Shown here piece after piece: positions 16,905 through 24,026 of a stretch of DNA of 32,000 nt. Positions within the stretch are counted from its first letter, which is position 1; every line of letters begins with the position of its first letter. The notes beneath the pieces were generated by a model. It saw nothing but the letters and a program-made list of their open reading frames with translations. It did not search any database and had not been told where the DNA came from. Origin of the DNA: Horticoccus luteus (lineage in GTDB: Bacteria; Verrucomicrobiota; Verrucomicrobiia; Opitutales; Opitutaceae); contig NZ_CP080507.1 in NCBI RefSeq assembly GCF_019464535.1, positions 1,860,001 to 1,892,000 on the forward strand. Reading direction: 5' to 3'. The position numbers and the translations under genes are program-made.

Positions 16905-17906
16905 TCACGGGCGGGACGTCGAGGAAGGCGCGACGACGGCGCGATCGATCGGGAGCGGTCCTCGGGGAACCGACAGCGCTTCATTAATGGCCGCCACGAC
17001 GGAGGCGGGGAGGATGTTGGTCATGCAGGCGAGGTGATGGTCGCACCGGCTCCACAACCAGCAAGGCGAGCAGGCGGGCTGGGAGACAATATTCACATTC
17101 GCAGTATAGCCGGACTGTTCCGGCAATTCCCGACCGCCGTAGACAATGACGGAAGGACAGTCGACCGCGCGGGCCAGATGCATTAATCCACCGACGAGGC
17201 CGACGAACAAACGGCTGGCGGCGAGGATGGCGGCGGTCTCGCGAAGGGTGGTTCTGCCGCGCCAGTCTTCCGTTTGCGGGAGTGGAGGATCGTTGCGCGA
17301 TCCGACCTGGATAACGCGGCGGCCGGCGGCGCGGAGGGATTTCACCACCTCGGCGAATCGTTCCGCGCCCCATTCCTTGGTGACGATGGGAAACCGCGCG
17401 TTGCGGGTTGTGCTCTGGATGCAAACAGCGCCTGCGGCCCAGCGACCGGAAGCCAGTTCGTCGGCGGAAAGCACGATGCGGGGGACGAGTTCTATCGGGC
17501 CGCTCACGCCGGCGAGGCGGCACATCGTGGCGATGAGGTGTCCGTCCGGTTGTTGATCGCGATCGGTGGCCTCGTCGCGGGCGCCGTAGTGCAAGCTGCA
17601 AATGGGAACGCCTATGCGCGCGAGCATACGCAGGGTTTCGTGGGTGAACGGCAAGGCGTGATCGCAATCGCGATTCAAGGCGAAAAGCCCGGGGTCTTCC
17701 GTGATCACCCAAACGCATGGCCGGAGCGTATGGCGCTTGCGCCATTCGTGCAGGACTCGCGCGACCATGAGCGCGTCGCCGACCCCGCCATAGTGGGAGA
17801 AGACCATCCGCGGTCGACCATGACGCAAGAGCTGCACGGCGCCCCAGCGCCAGAGCCGGGCGCGGCGGCGGTAGCTCGCGAAGTCGAACTGCGGGTACAG
17901 CCTCAT
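16905..17906 (-). CDS. Glycosyltransferase family 9 (heptosyltransferase-like)
   Basis: 333 aa with an ATG start. RRVIQVGSRNDPPLP ... TTLRETAAILAASRLFVGLVGGLMHLARAVDCPSVIVYGG matches the GT9 C-terminal donor-binding region. Confidence 0.75.
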   Translation of the reverse strand: MRLYPQFDFASYRRRARLWRWGAVQLLRHGRPRMVFSHYGGVGDALMVARVLHEWRKRHTLRPCVWVITEDPGLFALNRDCDHALPFTHETLRMLARIGVPICSLHYGARDEATDRDQQPDGHLIATMCRLAGVSGPIELVPRIVLSADELASGRWAAGAVCIQSTTRNARFPIVTKEWGAERFAEVVKSLRAAGRRVIQVGSRNDPPLPQTEDWRGRTTLRETAAILAASRLFVGLVGGLMHLARAVDCPSVIVYGGRELPEQSGYTANVNIVSQPACSPCWLWSRCDHHLACMTNILPASVVAAINEALSVPRGPLPIDRAVVAPSSTSRP

Positions 17907-18027
17907 TCAGCGACTGGCGGGCATGTCGGAGGGAAAGAATGCCTGCTCGATGGGATCACGGTCAGGCGGCGGGCTACTCGGCGCGCCGTCGTGCAAATGA
18001 GCCCGTGTATAGTGAAACTTGGAATGG

Positions 18028-18765
18028 TCAACGCGACGAAATTTCAACCTTTGGGAAAATTACGAACAACCCGCGCGCGAGCGTGTTTTCAAAACAGCCG
18101 CTCATTTCTTCATCGCGTGCAAGGTCGTGGATTTCGCGGCGATAGAGCTCGTGGGCAGGCGCGGGGGGATCCTGCAGCATCTTCTTTGTACGATGAGGAG
18201 ATGTATCGTGGAATGCGGCGATACCTTTGAGGATCGCGCGTTCACGGCAAATTCGATACTCTTCCGCGCGAATTTCGCAGAGACTATCGAAAAAACCGAA
18301 ATCGAATGTAAGGTTCGTATCTCTCAGGAAAGCCTTTGAATCCGCACAATGAACTTCGACAAAATCTTCAAGCCGATAGCGCCGCATTTTCGCGGAAAGG
18401 CGTTCACAGGCCGCCGCCTCGATTTCCACCGAGTGAACCTTGCCAAATCCGTTGTCGCGACAGGCGGTGGCCAGGGCGATGGTGCCCAGCCCGTCGAGTG
18501 CTCCTGTTTCCAGGATGGAAGCCGGTTTTGTCAGGCAGACGGTGGCGTGAAGCCAGTTTAGAGTCTCGATTTCGGTTGAGCCCGCGTTATGGGCCAGAAA
18601 GAGTTCGGCGCGTTCTTCCGGCGAATGAGGATGAGCCACGGATTCCAAACCGAACGATATGTCGATTGGCAGCCAAGAAGGCCGCCAATCTCTTTTGCAA
18701 ACTGGCGGACTTTTCTTCCAGCCAAGAACGGCTCCGTGAACGGCGTTTTTCAGGCGGGTGATCAT
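18028..18765 (-). CDS. Class I SAM-dependent methyltransferase
   Basis: 245 aa. The ATG at 18765..18763 overlaps the wzt TGA (ATGA). SILETGALDGLGTIALA is motif I (ExGxxxGxxT), followed by VHSVEIE and FGFFDS. The gene lies in the lowest-GC part of the window. Confidence 0.75.
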   Translation of the reverse strand: MITRLKNAVHGAVLGWKKSPPVCKRDWRPSWLPIDISFGLESVAHPHSPEERAELFLAHNAGSTEIETLNWLHATVCLTKPASILETGALDGLGTIALATACRDNGFGKVHSVEIEAAACERLSAKMRRYRLEDFVEVHCADSKAFLRDTNLTFDFGFFDSLCEIRAEEYRICRERAILKGIAAFHDTSPHRTKKMLQDPPAPAHELYRREIHDLARDEEMSGCFENTLARGLFVIFPKVEISSR

Positions 18766-20015
18766 ATTGAGTCGGGGGTGCGTGTAATGGTGGTGGAAAT
18801 GTCGACCGCAAGCACGCCTTGAATGGTCGAGAAGTTCTCACGTGCGCTTTGCGGTGAGTCGATGACCTCAATATCAAGTGCTTCTCGCACGTAGTCTTCC
18901 GATCCACGTTCAGAGCGAAGACCAATCCCAAAGCAGTATGGACCAGGCACGACCTGCAGCTCCGGGTAGACGACTGCCATCAGATAGTCGCCGGGCTCCA
19001 GCGGCCCATGTCTTTTGCTCCACGAGCTAAGACTAGAGCAAACTTCAAAGCCATGCAGGTTGAACAGGCCTAAACCGATTTCGAGGGTCTCGAGTCGTTG
19101 TGCCACCTGAATTTTGAACTCCAACGCGATCCTTGTGCCGAAGGGAAATTGCCAAGCAGCGGGTGAGCATGCTTCCCCCATCCGCACAGAAAGTAGCCGT
19201 GCTTTGTTCCGTAAGTTTCCTGTCCGGATAATTCTAGTTAGGTCAACGGTGACGTCATTGGTGCGGTTTGCCCCGAAGTACCGCTGTACAATGTCCGCCG
19301 GTTTACCATCCGCGAGAATCCGGCCTCCTTCGAATAGCAAGGCATGCGTGCACAGTTGCATAACCGAATTCAAATTGTGTGTGACGAAAAGCACGGTGCG
19401 CCGTTCTTCAGTCGAGATCACACGCATTCGAGCCAAGCATTTTTTCTGGAAGGCAACGTCGCCGACTGCGAGCACCTCGTCGACAATCAGAATGTCCGGT
19501 TCGAGGTGCGCGGCGACGGCGAAGGCTAGGCGGACGTACATGCCGCTGCTGTAGCGTTTCACCGGGGTGTCGATGAACTGCTCCACTTCGGCAAAGGCCA
19601 CGATCTCGTCGAATTTGCGGCGGACTTCGGCGCGGCTCATCCCGAGGATGGCGCCATTGAGAAAGATGTTTTCCCGGCCGGTGAGTTCGGGATGAAACCC
19701 GGTGCCGACTTCGAGGAGCGAAGCGACGCGACCTCGGAGGCGGGCGGAGCCGCTGGTGGGTTCCGTAATGCGCGAGAGGATTTTCAGCAGCGTGGATTTA
19801 CCGGCGCCGTTGCGGCCAATGATTCCCACCACTTCGCCGGGTTGCACGTCGAACGATACGTCTTTCAGCGCCCAGAAATCAGCTTTGTCCGGATGCGGCA
19901 CTCCACGAAGACGATCCCAGTAACGGGCGGCTTCCTCACGCAATGACGTCGCGCCGATGGCGCCAAGCCGGTAGCGTTTCGAAAGATTGCGGACTTCGAT
20001 GATCGGGCGGCTCAT
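18762..20015 (-). CDS. wzt: Polysaccharide ABC exporter ATP-binding protein (Wzt/TagH type) with extra C-terminal domain
   Basis: The track ORF 18762..20591 is over-extended. The ATG at 20015..20013 overlaps the wzm TGA (ATGA) and gives MSRPIIEVRNLSKRYRLG. Motifs: Walker A GRNGAGKST, signature YSSGMYVRLAFA, Walker B ILIVDE. About 170 further residues follow the NBD (from ...DLTRIIRTGNLRNKARLLSV to the end). Confidence 0.9.
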   Translation of the reverse strand: MSRPIIEVRNLSKRYRLGAIGATSLREEAARYWDRLRGVPHPDKADFWALKDVSFDVQPGEVVGIIGRNGAGKSTLLKILSRITEPTSGSARLRGRVASLLEVGTGFHPELTGRENIFLNGAILGMSRAEVRRKFDEIVAFAEVEQFIDTPVKRYSSGMYVRLAFAVAAHLEPDILIVDEVLAVGDVAFQKKCLARMRVISTEERRTVLFVTHNLNSVMQLCTHALLFEGGRILADGKPADIVQRYFGANRTNDVTVDLTRIIRTGNLRNKARLLSVRMGEACSPAAWQFPFGTRIALEFKIQVAQRLETLEIGLGLFNLHGFEVCSSLSSWSKRHGPLEPGDYLMAVVYPELQVVPGPYCFGIGLRSERGSEDYVREALDIEVIDSPQSARENFSTIQGVLAVDISTTITRTPDSI

Positions 20016-20872
20016 ACGACGTCGATGAAGTTCTTTTCCACGCGTTGAAAGACGAGGATGCCTGAGACGAGGGCGGCCAGGGTCGTGCCCACCGAAATCA
20101 ATATGAGCGTGGGTGTCACCGAGCCGGTGCCGAGCAGCATGAGGCGGAAGCTCTCCACCGGAACGGCGACGGGGTTGAAAGCCACCCAGGCGCGCCACTG
20201 CTCTGGAACTTTGGCCAGCGGGTAGATGATCGGCGTGACGTAGAGCCAAAGTTGAATGAGAAAGCCGGAGAGTACGGAGAAATCGCGAAATTTCGCGGTG
20301 AGCGCCGCCAGCCAGAGGCCGATGCCGAGGCTCAGCGCCGCCAGTTGCAGGAGCACGATTGGCAGGAGCAAGGCGCTCCAACCCGGTCCCACAGACGATT
20401 CCACGTGGCTCATCCGGTAGAGAGCGAAGAGCACGACAAACGTCACGAATTGGATCGCGAAGGAGATGAGGTTGGAGACGATGCTCGAAAGCGGCACAAT
20501 CAGCCGCGGGAAATACACTTTGCCAAACAAGCCGGCATTGGCGACGAGCGTGCCCGACGTGGAGCTGAACGATTGGGCGAAATAGTTCCATGCCAGCAGG
20601 CCGCAGAGATAAAAGAGCGTGGGCGGAAGACCGTCAGTCGAGAGCTCCGCCACATGGCTGAAGACGATGGTGAAGATCAGCGTCGTAATCAGCGGCTGCA
20701 CCAAATGCCAGAGCGGGCCGAGCACGGTTTGCTTGTAACGCGTGGCGAAATCGCGCCAGACGAGTTGCCGCAGCAGGTCGCGATAGGCCCACAGCTCCCG
20801 CCAATTGAGAAAGCGCAAACCATGGCTCGGCTCGATGACTATTTCGAGTTCAGGTGACAGTGTAGAAGGCAT
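20012..20872 (-). CDS. wzm: ABC-2 type polysaccharide exporter permease (Wzm type)
   Basis: 286 aa with an ATG start. N-terminal ...LLRQLVWRDFATRYKQTVLGPLWHLVQPLITTLIFTIVF is the ABC-2 permease signature region. About 6 hydrophobic segments. It sits directly upstream of, and overlaps, the ATPase gene. Confidence 0.85.
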   Translation of the reverse strand: MPSTLSPELEIVIEPSHGLRFLNWRELWAYRDLLRQLVWRDFATRYKQTVLGPLWHLVQPLITTLIFTIVFSHVAELSTDGLPPTLFYLCGLLAWNYFAQSFSSTSGTLVANAGLFGKVYFPRLIVPLSSIVSNLISFAIQFVTFVVLFALYRMSHVESSVGPGWSALLLPIVLLQLAALSLGIGLWLAALTAKFRDFSVLSGFLIQLWLYVTPIIYPLAKVPEQWRAWVAFNPVAVPVESFRLMLLGTGSVTPTLILISVGTTLAALVSGILVFQRVEKNFIDVV

Positions 20873-20910
20873 GGAGAAGATCAGATTGCAGCCGTTTGGG
20901 CGAATTCGGG

Positions 20911-22029
20911 TTATTTTTCGAATGACATCGGTGCGGGGGCGGCCGGCGCGGGACGCAATACCTGGCCGAGGGTCGCCTTGAAGTTCTCATACGAAAACAA
21001 TTTGGCCCGGGCGCGGATCGCAGCTTCGTCCCACGGGTGTTGCAGGGCGGCGACACACGCATCGGCAAGGCCGATTTCGTCACCGTATTCGACGAGGATG
21101 CCGGTGTGCTCGTCGATCACTTCGGGGATGCCGCCGGCGCGCGCGCCGATGCAGGGTTTGCCATGGGCAAACGCTTCGAGAAATACGATGCCAAAACCTT
21201 CTTTTCGGCTGGGAAGCGCAAACACTGTGCACGCACAAAGTTCATCTCGGAGTTCTGCATCCGGGAGGAATCCGGCGAATTCGATCGCGTCCGGCGCGGT
21301 TGTGTGCGCGAGCGCCTGGAGGCGGGGAGCGTCGTTGCCGCGCCCGACGATGCGAAGCATGGCAGCGGGGCAACGAGTTCGAACCTCGCGCATGGCGCGG
21401 ATCAAAGTGTCGACCCCCTTGTAAGCGTCGCCGGTGCTGAGGCGCGAGACGGTCAGAATGATTTGGCGCGGCGACGCGGATGCGGGCTGCGTCGGACCTG
21501 ATTTTCCACGCGTGAAGAGCGGATCGAGTGCATTGGGCACCACCGCGAACTGATCGGCGCGGAGGTTCGGGCAGGCAGCGAGAATCTGCCGACGGGTGTA
21601 ATCGCTCACGCAGAGAATCCGCTGCGTGCCGCGCAAAGCCCAGCGTTCGAACGCGGAAAACGGCCGCCATACTTCAATCCCGTGCGCGACCACCGACGTA
21701 GGCAGGTGGCGGCCGACCGCGGTCACCAACCGCGCGACGAACAGCAGGTGAATGTGACCGCACACGATTCGGTCGGCCTGCCGCGCTTCCCGCCAGAGAT
21801 GCCGGAGAAACCCCAGCCGGCGCCGGGCGCATGTTATAACAGTCGTGATGCTGGGCGTTCGATATGGTTCGAAGCGGGCAGCGGGGATGGTGCGGTCGTT
21901 GAGTACGATCACGCTGACAGCATCGCCCGGTCCGGCCAGCTCCCCAAACGCCTTCGTATAGAGTCGCATGATGCGTTCAATGCCACCCTCGGAATCGAAA
22001 AGCGCCGGCAGGAGGAGAAGCGTCTTCAT
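20911..22029 (-). CDS. Glycosyltransferase family 4 (GT-B)
   Basis: The ATG at 22029..22027 overlaps the upstream TGA (ATGA) and gives MKTLLLLPALFDSEGGIERIM. ALPSRKEGFGIVFLEAFAHGKPCIGARAGGIPEVI contains an E-x7-E motif. Confidence 0.85.
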   Translation of the reverse strand: MKTLLLLPALFDSEGGIERIMRLYTKAFGELAGPGDAVSVIVLNDRTIPAARFEPYRTPSITTVITCARRRLGFLRHLWREARQADRIVCGHIHLLFVARLVTAVGRHLPTSVVAHGIEVWRPFSAFERWALRGTQRILCVSDYTRRQILAACPNLRADQFAVVPNALDPLFTRGKSGPTQPASASPRQIILTVSRLSTGDAYKGVDTLIRAMREVRTRCPAAMLRIVGRGNDAPRLQALAHTTAPDAIEFAGFLPDAELRDELCACTVFALPSRKEGFGIVFLEAFAHGKPCIGARAGGIPEVIDEHTGILVEYGDEIGLADACVAALQHPWDEAAIRARAKLFSYENFKATLGQVLRPAPAAPAPMSFEK

Positions 22030-23891
22030 GCGGGGCGCCGGTTGAGAAATGCGATCAACACTCCAAGGCTCCAAACCCGGGACCACGCGCGGTCATCGGT
22101 GCGCGCTCGGTAACGTTGCCAGACGTCGGCGGCCGCTTCCGGCGAAAGCAGGCCGGTGCGCGCGACCGAGGCCGGAGAAAAAATGTCGTCCATCAACGGC
22201 CGAAGGTCGCGGCGCAGCCACTGCGCGAAAGGCAGAGTGAAGCCGCGCTTGCGGCGGGCGGCCATTCCTGGCGGCAGAACATCGGCGAGGGCGTCGGCGA
22301 GAGCGGACTTCGGTCGTCCGGGAGTAAACTTGAAGCGGGTAGGTTGCTGCCAAAGCCACTCGATCAATGGGCGGTCGACGAACGGCACGCGCAATTCGAG
22401 CGAGTGCCGCATGCTCATCACGTCGCTATCGCGAAGCAGCAGGTTGCCCATGTAGTTTCGCAACTCCCATGCGCTCACGACACGAAACGCGTCGTCGGCG
22501 CCGAGATCGGCGGAGAGTCGGTGGAGTTCGGGGTGGGTTTCCGGAGGCAGCGGCGGGCGCAGCAGCCGCTCGGCGGCGCTTTGCGAAAACAAGCGGCGTT
22601 GCAAAGAGGAGAGCGCATGCACATCGCGGGCATAGCGCAGGATGTCGGCCAGTTTTTGGTGGCGCGTTTCGCCGCGGGAAAGGCGCGCGAGAATCGGCTC
22701 GCGAACGGAAGCGCTCAAAAGATGCCAGACGCGCAACCACGGCGCGAGGCGGGGGACATCTCGAAAGCTGGGATAGCCGCCGAAAAGCTCGTCGCCTCCG
22801 AGGCCGGACAACGCCACGGTCACGCTGCCGACCCGGGCCGCTCGCGCCACATAGAAGGTGTTAACGCCATCGCCGGAGGGCTGATCCATGCTGGCGATAA
22901 GCGTGTCGAAATCGCGGGCGACGTCGGCGCCGCGAAGAATGAAGGTTTCGTGGTCAGTTCCGTAATACTGGGCGGTGGCGGCTGCTTCGGTTGCTTCGGA
23001 GAGTTCCGGTTCCTCGAATGCCAAAGAAAAGGTTTTCAATCTGCCCGCTCCCTGTCGCGCCATCAGCCCGACGATGGCGGAGGAATCGAGGCCGCCGGAC
23101 AGAAACGCACCCACGGGCACATCAGCGACGCGATGAACCGCGATGGATTGCTCAAGCTGGAAGCGGAGTTGGGCGGTGAATTCGGCGCGGCTTTTCGCGG
23201 CCGGCTGCGCGGCTATGCCCGAGAACGTCCAGCTCCGGCGGAACTGCATAAGGCCTGATTTCCAGGATGCGGTTTCGCCGGGGCGGAGGCTGCGCACGTG
23301 CCGGTAAATCGTGCGGGGCGTGGGTACCGCGATGTAAGCCAGATAATCGGTGACGGCTTGCGGGTCGAATTCAGCCTGGATCACCCGGGCGGCGACGAGC
23401 GCATTGAGCTCGGACGCGAAGAGAAGTGTTTCGCGGTCGCGGTAAAAATAGAGCGGCTTGATGCCAAAGGGGTCGCGCGCGAGAAATAACGATTCGTCGC
23501 GAGCGTCCCAGACCGCAAAGGCGAACATGCCCCGCAATTCCTTCACGCAGTCGCCGCCCCAATGGACGTAGGCGGCGAGCAATACCTCGGTGTCGCAATC
23601 GGTGCGAAACGTGAATCCGAACAGATGCAGGCGTGCTTTGAGATCGCGGAAATTCAGAATCGCGCCGTTGAACACGATCGTGAAACGGCCGTCCGGTGTT
23701 TGCATGGGCTGGCGCCCGTGGGCGGGATCGAAAATCGCCAGACGTCGCGAGCCAAGCGTCACCGGGCCGAGGTCAGCGATACCGCCATCGTCGGGACCGC
23801 GGTGGCGCATACTTTCGCACATGCGACTCACTCTTTCCCGGCGTTCTTCGGCCGATTGGCCCCTATCGATCAGTCCAGCGATGCCGCACAT
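22026..23891 (-). CDS. Asparagine synthase family glutamine amidotransferase (AsnB-like, polysaccharide-locus associated)
   Basis: The track ORF is extended to 23999. The ATG at 23891..23889 gives MCGIAGLIDR, i.e. the Cys2 nucleophile of an Ntn glutaminase domain. The PP-loop AFLSGGLDSSAIVGLMA sits in the synthetase domain. Length is 621 aa. Confidence 0.9.
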   Translation of the reverse strand: MCGIAGLIDRGQSAEERRERVSRMCESMRHRGPDDGGIADLGPVTLGSRRLAIFDPAHGRQPMQTPDGRFTIVFNGAILNFRDLKARLHLFGFTFRTDCDTEVLLAAYVHWGGDCVKELRGMFAFAVWDARDESLFLARDPFGIKPLYFYRDRETLLFASELNALVAARVIQAEFDPQAVTDYLAYIAVPTPRTIYRHVRSLRPGETASWKSGLMQFRRSWTFSGIAAQPAAKSRAEFTAQLRFQLEQSIAVHRVADVPVGAFLSGGLDSSAIVGLMARQGAGRLKTFSLAFEEPELSEATEAAATAQYYGTDHETFILRGADVARDFDTLIASMDQPSGDGVNTFYVARAARVGSVTVALSGLGGDELFGGYPSFRDVPRLAPWLRVWHLLSASVREPILARLSRGETRHQKLADILRYARDVHALSSLQRRLFSQSAAERLLRPPLPPETHPELHRLSADLGADDAFRVVSAWELRNYMGNLLLRDSDVMSMRHSLELRVPFVDRPLIEWLWQQPTRFKFTPGRPKSALADALADVLPPGMAARRKRGFTLPFAQWLRRDLRPLMDDIFSPASVARTGLLSPEAAADVWQRYRARTDDRAWSRVWSLGVLIAFLNRRPA

Positions 23892-23911
23892 GCCTATTTC
23901 AACAAAAGCTT

Positions 23912-23934
23912 CGCCCCGCCACTTCTTTGGGGCG
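23912..23934 (-). terminator. Hairpin followed by a T-rich stretch, between the DJ-1 stop and the asnB-like start
   Basis: Minus strand reads CGCCCC-AAAGAAGTGGC-GGGGCG followed by AAGCTTTTGTTGAAATAGGCATG. That is a 6-bp GC stem, an 11-nt loop and a partial U-tract. It ends 20 nt before the asnB-like ATG. Confidence 0.35.
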
Positions 23935-24026
23935 CGTTGAAGCGAAGTATTGCCGATGCCACCATCCGGGTTGCACGTTAGGGTGAATCCCTCAGGCAAG
24001 GGAAGTCCTAATGCGTATTCAGGTTC

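Noticed and set aside
18762-23891. Asparagine-synthase homolog plus ABC transporter as a lasso-peptide/RiPP cluster.
   Set aside because: The AsnB homolog is full length with an intact Cys2 glutaminase domain. The transporter is Wzm/Wzt (ABC-2) type, not McjD type. No transglutaminase-like B protein or short precursor ORF is evident, and the neighbours are all glycan enzymes.
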